Part shown: one piece after another, positions 11,079 to 23,938 of the stretch | Layout: every line of letters begins with the position of its first letter | How positions within the stretch are numbered: position 1 is the stretch's first letter | NCBI GenBank assembly: GCA_003971905.1 | Contig: RSEE01000023.1 | Location: 620,001 to 684,000, forward strand | Direction: 5' to 3' | DNA length: 64,000 bases | DNA from: Moniliella sp. 'wahieum' | Taxonomy: Eukaryota | The notes under the pieces: generated by a model | The model's database searches: none | What the model was told of the DNA's origin: nothing | What the model saw: the letters and a program-made list of their open reading frames with translations, nothing else | Made by a program: the position numbers and the translations under genes

Positions 11079-13016
11079 TCACACTGGCACCGGTTTGCGG
11101 CGCACCGGGGGACGATGGCTGCCCTGGCGCGACAAGGCAGACAACGGCGGCTTGGACAGGCTAGGAGAGTAGGCGGTCGGGATGGGGCCGCCACACCAAG
11201 GCACACTTGAGGGCGCCACGTCTTCGTGTACAGCGACAGAAGGACTAAGCGGCTGGTGCGTACCCTCCCCCTCGACGGTGGCGGAGAAGGAGAGGTTGGT
11301 CTGGGTGCGCACCGATCCGCGCCGGGGCGGGCGCGGTGGGCGTACAGGTGCGCTGGAGAGGACCGAGCCGGAACCATGCAGAAGCGGGGAGAAGGTTGGG
11401 TGGGTTCGGTGTCGGTGCGGCGCATCCGGAGACGAAAGCGGTGTAAGTGCCAACTGGTCCAAGTTGTTGTCGGCAGACCGAAGAGGGAGGCGGGGAGCGG
11501 ATGGAGTAAGTGGAGCGGGAGCTTGGGTATGCGCTTGAACCCGAACCGGCTCCGAGGCCGGGGCTAAGGATGGAGCCGGGGCGGAGGGATAGCAAGGTGG
11601 ATCAAGGGACGGAGGCGGGGGTGGGTGAGCAGCGGTCGGGGCAGAGTAAGGTAAAACGACTGTGTTGGGATCTGGTCGTACTGCAAGGTCCTGATGGTGT
11701 GAGTCGGGGAGAGCGGGAGGGGAGGGATGATTAGGTTCGGTGGCTGCCTTGTGGACAAACGTGGTGGCTACCAGCGTTTCCCATGCATCCGCTCGGACGT
11801 CGCGGTTCAACTCGTCAATGTGGGCTTGGCTGGTAAATTGGGTCTGGTACTGCTCTCGCCGCGCTTGGATCACAGGGTACGCGCTCGCTACGGCCAGTAT
11901 CACATCGGGGCAATCACGCAAAATGTCGATGCGGGGGTTGGCGTTCATGCCTGTCCAAACCGACCATCCACAAGCATGGTTAGTGGGCGCGCGCTGGGGT
12001 CGGGACCAAAGAGGGGGTCGGAAGATAAAACGTACCAAAGCTCAGAAACGCATAGCTGGGTCGGTTCCCATCCTTGTCAGCCGTGACAGGACGGAGAAGA
12101 GGTTGCCGTGCAGCATACCCTTCCAGGCCCATTCGCCCCACGGGGTAGTGAACTGGTGCTTGCGCGTATTGAAGCTCTTGGTCAGCGTGCCCACATGCTG
12201 GCCTGGCGTGTTCTGTCCCCCCCCCGTAGGAATGGTGATCTCAAATGGCCCACTCTTGTCCCCGGCCGCTTTGCGTACAATGGCCAGAGGCCGTTGGGAA
12301 CTGTGTATTGAACGGAGTTCAACGCTCCACTGCCAAGCAGTCACGCCAGCAGGCGAAGCGGAACGGGAACGGGAACGAGCGTCGCTCCCACCACGTAATT
12401 TGCGTAGCAACGACTTGCCCCCGCCCTTGGTGGTTCCAGCCAGGCTCGGCTCAACCATCGACACCATACTGCCCTGGGACGAAGGAGAAGCGGATGGCAC
12501 GGACGGGTTGGCAACTGTGCAAAACGTCAGACAAGCACCGAAGCCGAGGCGCGAACACTGGGTGCCTTGCCACGCGGGGTCTTGTGCGCCAAACTTTCCC
12601 ACTCTTCTGCGCCATCGTCATAAGACATGCTAGGGCTCAGGCTGAGCGGTTCGGCGGCGGAGGAGAGGCTGTGGTAATCCCCGAACGGGCGCGCTGCCAG
12701 CGACGAGGTAGGGGGGGGGAGCTACCGAGAGAGGAGATGGAGGGCGAGGCGGGTTGATGATGCCGGTCCAGCACAGGCATGGTTGCTAGCCTGTCCGGCG
12801 ACCGGGCAGCAGTGTTGGGGCGAGCGGAGAAGGCAGAGCTGGCATGCGCGGGGGGAAGAGGCGTTGAGTGTCCGCCACACACGCCAGGCGGGGGGCACCG
12901 GCATAGGGCGCGGGCTCGGTGATGTACAGGTGGAGCTGGTCGGTGTAGCTGTCCGAGTGGCCGAGGGCGAGGGAGATGGTGCGGGTGGGGAAGGCCAGGG
13001 GCAAGGGAACGTCCAT
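11079..13016 (-). CDS. Hypothetical protein with a beta-strand-rich central domain and Pro-rich tail
   Basis: Consecutive minus-strand ORFs (12786-13136, 12042-12602, 11079-12038) have protein-like content: HVGTLTKSFNTRKHQFTTPWGEWAWKG and DAWETLVATTFV. ATG at 13016 follows a C-rich leader. Confidence 0.55.
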
Positions 13017-13541
13017 GACGGGCGGGGTGAGGTGGGGGAGGAGACGGGGGAGGGGGAGGAGGTGGTGGTGGCTTGTACGAGGCTCGAAGGATCCTTTTCC
13101 AAGGGGGTGGCCGGCAAAATACCAAAGCAAATGCAACCGTCAACGGGGGAACATACGTATCGCTTCACCGGGCAATCGGTGAAATGGTGAAATTGGTGAA
13201 AGAGTAGGAGGCGTAGAAGCCACAACCAGGCCCTGTGCCTGCCTAGCGCATGTGGGGCTTAACTCTAAAATGCGAAAAACTCCTTTGCTCCCCATAGGTG
13301 TCTGAGTGCAGCAGCAGCCGCAGACAGCAGCTCAGCGGCCAAATGGCAGACGCGCCGCACGCAGTCACATGCCGCACGGGGCCAGTGTACTAGTTGAGCA
13401 CTGATCACCGATCAGTGAAACCGAGTGGCGTCGGACGGGTGACGTGCTTGTGTGAGATGGCCACGTGCTCTGTTGGCCGATTATTATTAAATCGATTCGA
13501 TGCTGGGCGCTGGCAGGAGCAAGGCAGGGGGCCACGGGACC

Positions 13542-13585
13542 TGACATGTGACATGTGACATGCTGAGGCTCAGCGCTCAGGCTGA
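13542..13585. repeat. Heptad array (TGACATG)3 plus TCAGCGCTCA
   Basis: Directly visible in a divergent intergenic region. Confidence 0.8.
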
Positions 13586-13659
13586 GCCGCGGAGCGCTGA
13601 CAGGGCCACCCAGCCGCAGGGACATGGACTCGGACCTATTGGGGCTGGGACGGGGGGCT

Positions 13660-13707
13660 GGAGGGCTGGAGGGTGGAGGGCTGGAGGGCTGGAGGGCTGG
13701 AGGGCTG
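13660..13707. repeat. Tandem octamer (GGAGGGCT)n
   Basis: About 6 near-perfect copies are visible in the sequence. Confidence 0.8.
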
Positions 13708-15557
13708 GCAGGGTTGGGCGCCCGCACCAGCTGGACACCCATGTGGACGCAGCAGCATGATGTGGTGCATGATATGGCGATGCTGGAGTTGCTAGTAGGC
13801 CTTGGAATTGCTGGAGTTCCTCTCGTTCCTAGTTCCTACTGGCTGCTGCAGTGCCCCTGCTGCCTTCGGTCCTATATACGCGGCCAGCAAGCATGTGGTG
13901 TTGCGGCCGGCTCCACCAGGTCCACATCACCGGTCACCGGTCACCTACCTTACCCACCCTACCGCCTCCAGGGGCACTTGTGTACCTTGCCAGCGCGATG
14001 GCCAGACGCGTGCTGCGTGCCGCTTTTTAGTATTACCAGAGTATAAGCCTGCGGCCAAGCCCTTCAGACTCTTTCCAAGCCTTAAGCTTTTTAGGCGGCA
14101 CGCTGCAAGCGCCACACGCTGATCTCCATCTTTTTCCTAGTACTACCTATATAGGGTACTACTTGAGCTTGAAGTTGAAGTAGTATTCGTACTGGACTGC
14201 AAGCCGCACAGTATTACTGTTTGGCACAATTCCATCCCAATATCCCACTTGGGCGTTCAGGCCTTCAAGCTTCAAATTCCAGCCTTCAAAACCTTCAAGC
14301 TTTTCAGCCGCGGTCCAAGTCCCCCCCCATTCCCCACGTGCCACGGCTGTCCCTGTTGTCCGCTATTGTCTGGTCTCCGTGGCCGTGTCCCATCCAACAG
14401 CGGCCCTGGGTCTCAGGATGGTCAATGGTATCTCTTGGGCCTGATCGGCTGTTGTCCCCACTATCTGCATCAACTTCTACCCACTCTCTGGCAACGGCAA
14501 CAAACGCACCTCAGGCCTCAGACTGAAGCCTCACCCCCCCAATCGACTGCCATACTTGCATCATTGTGATCGAGGGGACGGGTAGAATTGAGACCTGCCG
14601 AAGAGGCACAGGCAGGTGTGATTATGATGCGAACCTACTCTACTAGTATGATGATGTGTGCTTTGGTTGTGAGCAATACAGCAGGCACGCATAAAGAGGG
14701 TAGTACAATGCCCCCAAAGCGCGGCTGTTTTGGTTTCCGCCGACACAAAGGAAACACCTCATAAAACGCCCTCTTCAAACACAAAGAGCAAAGATGTCAA
14801 AACGTCTCAGTGCTGGAAGGACGAAACACCTCTCACTGTTAATAGACTTGCCTCTGTGTTTTTTTCACCGATGGCCGTGTTGAGATTGAACCCTTTCATT
14901 GGGGATCCCATCAAGGGAAAACAAGCCGTGGATAGTATGCGCTTTCTGTTCTCGGGGAGCGAATACATAGGCGATCTGGCGCTGAAGTGGTTTCCTTAAC
15001 GAAAAAGGGTACTGATTGAGCTCAGAAAGAAGTCCCCGTGTTTTGTTGTGTGTGGTTATCGAATCGTTTTGCTGCGCCCCACCTCTTTCCCGTCGTAGTA
15101 TCGTATTTTGCCCCGTATACTTTGGTTTGACTTTTGACGCCTTGAACTATATGGCTTGTTTTGTAGGACGGCGGGGGAGTTGCTCGGCGCCATGGAGCAA
15201 GCGGGTGCGTTTGGGAGGCCACCAGACGAGACTGGTCGGGGGGGAGGCGGGCAGGAAGGAAGTGCGTGTGTGGTGTGGATGAGGTGGATGGGGGGCGGTT
15301 GCGCAGTGCGGCGTGTGGGATGGGTGACAGCGCTGATGGGATGCGGTAGAGATGCATGCTGGATGCTGCTAGGGTTGGTGGGTGGCCTCAGCGGCTGAGG
15401 CGCCGAGCAGTTCGCTGCAGTCTGGGCACTCCTGGCCGCCGGCTCAAGGCTCAAGCTCCAAGCTTCAAGGCTCGAGGGCAGCTGCAAGCAAGCCTAACGC
15501 CTGCGCCCACCGCATGGCTGCATGCCCAGCAGTCGGTCCGAACTCCGTCTGAGTACA

Positions 15558-15660
15558 TCCACCACCCACCACCACCACCACCACCACCACCACTACCTCC
15601 TCCTTCTCCACCGCCGCCACCACCTCCACCTCCACCTCCACCCCACCTCCACCCCCACCG
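15558..15660. repeat. (CCA)n/(CCACCT)n microsatellite in the WDR48 5' leader
   Basis: Direct tandem repeats are visible in the sequence. Confidence 0.8.
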
Positions 15661-15734
15661 CCGGCCTCCCTCCACCCCCACCTCCACCCCCACCGCCGGC
15701 CTCCCCCCCCCTCGCCTCGCCTCCCCCCGCCAGC

Positions 15735-18700
15735 ATGGCCGACGCCGCCATGGCTACCCGCCAGCGCGTCACCTATGTTCTCCCGCTCCCCCGCGAGCTC
15801 GGCGGCTGGCGCAGCTCCCTCGGCCCCCACACCCACCCTCCCCCACCACCCACACCTTTGCCGTACCCCCCGCTCCTCCACCCGCGACGCCGCTCGCCTC
15901 GCCCGCCGCGGCCCTCTTCTCATCCCCCCCCCACCCCTCCCACCCCTCCCACGACGCCCTCGCCGACGGCGACCACTCTGATGCCGAGTCAGACGATACC
16001 GCCGGCCGGCTGACCCCGTCTCTGCCACGGCTCGTCCCCGCCCATCCGCCATCCCTCTTCCACCCACCCACCCACGGCACATGCTCCCTGTCACATCGCT
16101 TGCCCTCGACCTCACCACCTGCGTCGAGAGCGCCGATGAGCCCCTTTCCGAGCCTTCGCCCGACCCGCGTCCCGACCAGGCAGACGACTTTCTCCCTTCT
16201 CCTTCTCTGGCGGTGGTGGAGCCTCGTCGCGCATGCGCACACCCCATCGTCCTCGCGGCCTCTTGTACACGGCTGGGCGCGATGCCCTGACCGCGTCGTG
16301 GCAACTCGACCTCCCCCTAGCCTGGACTGCGGACGCCTATCGGGACCCCGCTCAGCCCAATTCTCGTCCTTGGCGAGTGAAGCAACCCTACTGGACTCTC
16401 CACCCTCCTGACTCTCTCAGTTCGGGACGTGCCTTGGAGTCCGACCCCTTGTTGCGTCGCCCCTTATTCCGACAAGGGATTCAAGCTCACTCGGAGTGGA
16501 TCAACGATCTGCTTCTCGTCAACGGCAACCAGACTGTTATCTCTGCCTCGTCTGACAGGCTCATCAAGGCGTGGAATCCGCACGACTCGGCATCTCGCTC
16601 CCTACTCCTTTACCCTCGGTAGCCATGACGACTATGTCAAGTCTCTTGCCGCGCCAGCCTGGCAACTTGGCGCTGGCCAGACCCACACCATCATCCGGGC
16701 GGACTGGATCGGACGGTCAAGGTGTGGGACATGAACGCCAAGCCTGCCAAGAAAACGTCATTGTCCAACGCCACTTCGAGTTCTGGGCTTGGCGCTGATG
16801 ACACGTCGGCTCTCCAGCCCGTTCTCACGCTGACGCAAGAGGAAGATGAACTTCCGTCCTCGGTCTATAGTCTCAGTGTTAATGGGCCAGGGACCCTGAT
16901 CGGAGTGGGGTGTTCGGCGAATGAGGTGTCTGTGTACGATACGCGGAGCCGAGTGCGGGTGGCCAAGCTGGTGGGCCACACGGGTTTGTCCGTTCGTTGC
17001 TCATGTCGCAGACGGACGCCATCTCCTGTCGGCCTCGTCAGACAGCACAGTGCGGCTGTGGTCCATCGCAGAACAGCGTGCGCTCCACACGTTTGAACTC
17101 ATTCGGACTCTGTCTGGGCTCTGTACTCGAACGACCCCTACGAAAAGGACACGCTCACCTCCTTTTATTCGGCTGATCGGGTGGGCGACCTTTGCAAGGT
17201 CGATTGGTCAGATGAGCCCGACATTGTGAGCGGCGAATGTGTTCTGCTGGCTCGCAATCGTCCTTCGATGTTCAACCGACGCGGCAGCCACGTGCCCATT
17301 CCGATCGGCGAAAGTACCACCCCACCGGCCCACCCACACCACGGAGCCAGTCACCAAGGTATCCCATCGCATCGTTGCCGCTGACGATGCGTTTGTTTTC
17401 ACTGCCTCGGACACTTCCTCCTCGGTGCTGGTGTGGCCCGATGTACCCAAGCGCAAGGATCGGCTAGCCAAGTACCCCGCCATTGCCGCACGCGACATTT
17501 CCGGTTCCGCTGGGGGAAGCCAGCTGGGCGAGCCAGGCCAAGGAAGCGATTCAGTCGAGCCAAACTAACCCAACCGACATCTCGTCTGCTGTCGAGATGG
17601 CTGGTGTGCCCGCTTCCAGTCTTGTTTCTCTGGGCGATGACCAGAGCTTGTTTGACGATCGCCCGACTGATGATGGGTCCAGTCTGCTCGACCGGCCTCC
17701 CACTGCGGCGGGGCAACGAGCGCCTGGGCGGATGGCGCTGCTGCGTGAGGTGGCGGATGTGGCGGTACCGCTGTTCCGGCAACCCTGTGCTCGTGTGTCA
17801 GGTGGGGTGGGCTTGATCCGCAGTTCGATGCTCAATGACCGTCGGCATGTTCTCACCATGGACACGCGTGGTTCTGTCGGCATCTGGGACATTTTACTAG
17901 GCGTGTGTCTTGGGTTTTTCGAACGGAGAGCGCTTACCCAGCTGGCGCTCGACGAGGAGGCTCTGACGGGCACAACACCTATCGGCTCGGTTCAAGCCCA
18001 ATCAGCCACGGACATGACCCAGGAGGCGATCACAAATTTACTCACCCATTCGCCTGCGGACCTTCTCGAGCTGATTCGCGAACGAATCGAAGGGTCAGAT
18101 GCGGCGCCGTTTTGGTGTACGACCGACGTGCGTGCTGGCTTGCTCTCGGTTCACCTACAGAGCAACAAATGCTTTGATGCCGAGATGTACATGGACGATG
18201 CCGAGTTTGCCAAAAAGCCGGTTACAAGGAGGACACCCGAAGTATGCTCCCCCTCCCCCCCCCCCGCCTCTCTTTCCATTTGTTAGTTTGCTTCCCTCTC
18301 TTGCCGTACTGACCATCACCTCTTTCTAGTCACATGGGCCGCTGGGTCCTTCAGAATTTGTTTAGGGGGTTCATTGAGCAGGAGATTTCCGCTCGCAGTG
18401 GTTCCTATCGTGACGGTCACTTACAACCGCCGACAGTGACGCAAAAGGCCTGTTGGCAGCTGAGGGCCTACAGCCTTTTTCCGTACGGGAGAAGTTCCCA
18501 AAGCACTCGCGGCTCCTCTGGGGCTAGCTTGGCAATCCCCCTTCTGATAAAACCGTCGTTCTTCCCCGGGCTCGGACCGAGGGGAGCCGAGTGCATGGTC
18601 ACCATACAGCCCTTCCGTCGCATTGGCGGTAGAGGTACAGATGAATCCCTCCAAGATGCCCGTGCGGCCTTGCAACTCGCTCAATTGTCTGCGCCGCATA

Positions 18701-19969
18701 TGGAGGAGGAACACAGTGTGGATACGGGCGATGCCAACGCCCATGGTTCGTCGGCCAAGTCTGGTGGGGGCTTTATGTCGCGTTTCAACGGAAACACAAA
18801 GACAAGGACAAGAAACCCGCTGGCGACGCTGCTTCAGCGGCGCAACGCGCGGCCAGAAGCAATGAACCATTGCATGTCCGCCAAATCCGTGATATTGTTT
18901 CCCGAGTTGCCTTGCTCTCTCCTGCCCTACCAGCTGGTATGGCGTGAAGGACCTTTCCCCGTCCCAAGCTCATCCCCTGCTGGACTTGCCTCCTCTTCCT
19001 TTCCCATCAGGCGTGATGGTCTTGTTTGGTGCCATTTCCCCTCAGGCGGGGCAGGCGCTTCCTGCTTACCGCGAAACGGCGGGACGAATGGGGCAGGATG
19101 TTCCGCTTCTTGAACTGGTGGCCTCGCCTTGGCTTCTGGCCAATTTGCTCACCCCGCCACCAGCTGCCGAGCCTCCCACTTCTCTTGCTCCGCCCCCAGC
19201 GACCACCCCAGCCGCCATCAAGAACCCGGCCGCGTACGAGGCAGCTGTGCAAGATTCTGCCGCCCTCTTTCGCCGCGAGGTGGTCAAGATCAGCTTTATC
19301 CTCACGCCTTGGCTTCCGTCTGGAGCCGACGAGCCATCAGAGACACCCGCCCAACGATCCAGCCTGTTCCTCCCCGAACTTCCTGCGAGCACGACCCGCT
19401 TGACGGCGACGCAGATGCTGCGCATGAAGAAGGTATCTGCGTATGTGCTGGATAAGCTGGCATCGCGGCAGCAAGAGGCCGTACGTGAAGTGCCACAAAA
19501 AGGCATGAACCATGCGCAAGCTGTTGCCCAGCTGGCCGACGTACGCTACTGGTCCACGTTCAAGCTGCCCGCGGAGGATGAGATTGTGATCTTGTGCAAC
19601 GACACGGTTGTTCCCCCCGATATGACGCTGGCCCAAACCAGACGCTTCCTCTTCCGTCAGCCAGGTGACCTTAAACTCGAGTACCGCCGGGCGAAACTGG
19701 GCGAAACCCTTGCCTTCTCCCGCGGTGCTGCGACTTCAGCGCCGCAGCCCCTGCTCTCGCATCTGTTCCCGCACGGGGCCTCGGCCCACCACCACAGCTC
19801 TTCTTCCGTCTCGGATGCTGGCTACGTGGGTCGTCCCTCCATCGCGGACTCGTACGCACCAGCTGCCGATTCGGACGAGGGAGAGAGCGAGACGGACACA
19901 GAGGCCGAGTTGGACAGCTACCGTGGCCCCACCAGCTCGGCCCCGTTGCATCGATTGGGGTACCATTGA
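15735..19969 (+). CDS. WDR48: WD40 deubiquitinase cofactor WDR48/UAF1 (Duf1/Bun107-like)
   Basis: WD repeats [47 protein letters not shown] and [14 protein letters not shown]. Ancillary region [34 protein letters not shown]-terminal [33 protein letters not shown]. Intron at 18242-18329. Confidence 0.9.
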
Positions 19970-20058
19970 ACCGGCAGTCCTGGTCGATCGCGCTCATTCC
20001 CAATTTTTTTTTCGCTTCGCTCGTCCAGAGTTGTCTTGTGTGTGTGTAAAACGAACCA

Positions 20059-20175
20059 TCCCTTTCCTTTTCCTTTCCCCTTTCCTTTCCTTTTTCCTTC
20101 CCTTTCCTTTCCTTTTCCTTCCCTTCTCTCTCCTCCTTTCCTTTCCTTTACCGCTCTGCCTCTCTTTTCTTCCAT
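20059..20175. repeat. Polypyrimidine (TTTCC)n tract between two convergent genes
   Basis: About 115 bp consisting almost only of C and T. Confidence 0.8.
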
Positions 20176-20300
20176 TTATCCCGGCCCAGCTCCCTCTTGT
20201 GTGTGCACACTACTATCCATCCCCTCCTTTAGTCCTGGACCACCATGTTTATCGTGAGCATACCAAAACGAATGGTCAAGTAACCAAGTGGACACCGTAG

Positions 20301-21288
20301 CTAAGGCAGACGGATCGAGTCGATGCGAATGCGCGTGTACTGTTCTTGGTGTTTGAGTGACGCTTCCACTTGCGCGGCATGTGCCGCACCTTGATCCATA
20401 CGGGCGAGTGAGTGTGTTCGACGACGGTTGCCTCGATTTGCACGATCGGTTGGGCCGCTTCTCCCACCGCGCCAGCGAGGGCAGCCGAAGAGTACGGCTC
20501 CGATGGCGTCGCACGGTTCCCAATCCGCTCGGCTTCGGCGGGGGTGAGACCAATGAGCGCAGACAGCGTAGCACCCTTGTTGGCAATGCCATCCACCGAC
20601 GCAGCGTTGGCCTCCCAACTGTTTTCTTGCTGCAGGCCCCGCTGCACGGCATATTGCATCAGCGACTGGGTCCCGGGGGGGCCGGGCAGCTCACGGAACG
20701 AGGCAGGCACACGCAACCGCAGGGCCTCGAGTTCGGTATTGCGCATCTCATTGGGCAACAGCACATTGTCCGCCGTCTTGCGCAGCTGCTTGGCTTGCAG
20801 GCGATGGTGCGTGCGACGCCAGAGCGACTCTTGGGCACGCAGGACGTAGTCCCGCGTACCAATTTCGTGGATGCGGTCCAAGTGCAGCACATCTCCAACG
20901 TGCACATCCGTCATGCCCGGCACGGTCACCACGTCGCCCGGCGCGACGAGGTAGGTCTTGCCCAAAAAGAGACAACCGCATAGAGGTGGGTACTTTGGGA
21001 TCGCAACAGCTCCACCGCCGTTTGGCGCTCCACCGCCTCCAGAGGCGTCTTCTTGTCCACCTTATCCGCGCGGAAGGTTGGAAGGCACCTTGTACCCGGA
21101 CCGGCTCATGTGTAGTGGCCGCGCTCCAGCGCGCTCGGCGTCACCTTGACTGACTCGGCGTCATTCTCGATTTCGTGGAGGATGAGGGGGCTGCGGCGCG
21201 GCGGCTGGGACTGTGCGTGGTGCACGGCGCAGGAGGTGGCGAGGGCGCGCACAGGCGCCGGCCGCGCGGCGGCCGCCGCCCGGAGCAT
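20301..21288 (-). CDS. MRPL49: Mitochondrial ribosomal protein bL21m
   Basis: Presequence-like MLRAAAAARPAPVRALATS. L21 motifs KTYLVAPGDVVTV..VGDVLHLDRIHEIGTRDYVL and IEATVVEHT, ending KHQEQYTRIRIDSI after a frameshift. Confidence 0.85.
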
Positions 21289-21697
21289 CGCGCCAGAGCC
21301 GCTGCGGACGAGGAGGACCATCGGGAGAGCAGTGGGCAGCGGGAAGAAGCGTGTGGGTGCCGCTTGCAGGCCCACCGCAGCAAAGCCAACCTTCCGACGC
21401 AGCCCAGCGGGCGTTGCACCGATCGGCCGTGCGCTAGGGTTGGCGCTGCGCCCGACGCGAATATTTCTAAGCCTCAGCGCCCGGCCGCTGCGCCCGCCGC
21501 GCTCACGTAAGCAGGCGGCCACGGGCGCAGCATCACCCACCACGCGGAGGGCTCATGCGTCACCCGGCTGCCAGCACTCCGCCGCGCCGGCTGCGCACAG
21601 CGCCTGTGTCCGCACCGCGCACCCCAGCAGTGTCGCCCGCGGGCAGCCGCTCTCTTCTTCTCCTCCACCAGCCCTGCTGTGCCCCGCCCTGCCTAGC

Positions 21698-23437
<1,740 letters not shown>

Positions 23438-23938
23438 GCACCTGGCTGGGTGGGATGCTGCGACCAAACAATCGACATGCAAACAGATGTGAGCGAGGGG
23501 AAGGGGGGGATGGTCGATGACGTAGAGGGGGGGGGTGATGCGGTGACAGGTGTGCGTGTAAGTACGAAGTGGCCGAGCGGCGGCAGGCTGTGTTACGTTA
23601 GCTAATCGTAAGCCAGCATGCGCTGAGGCGGGTGTGTGCGCAGTGCTGTTCTCAGCACGCGGGGGGCCGGCTGAGGCACGGCTGGCCGTCGGTTGGGCAC
23701 GCCGGCCGGTCGGAGTATCTGACACTGACACGCTCTGTGATGTGATCTCGATCCAATTTCCAACCCGTAGCCCATCCCGACGTCCGTGCAGCCCCCGCGC
23801 CCAACCGTCGTCCTCGTCCTCGTCGTCCTCATCCCCATCCTCATCCCCATCCTCATCGCCATCCCCACCGCCACTGCCATTCCCACCGCCATTGCCGGCT
23901 GGTTGACCGTATCCGCCGGCACGCCTCCGGCACCCATC

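Noticed and set aside
15020..15160. RNase MRP-like AAGTCCCCG motif
   Set aside because: No complementary CR-V strand in the right order to form P4.
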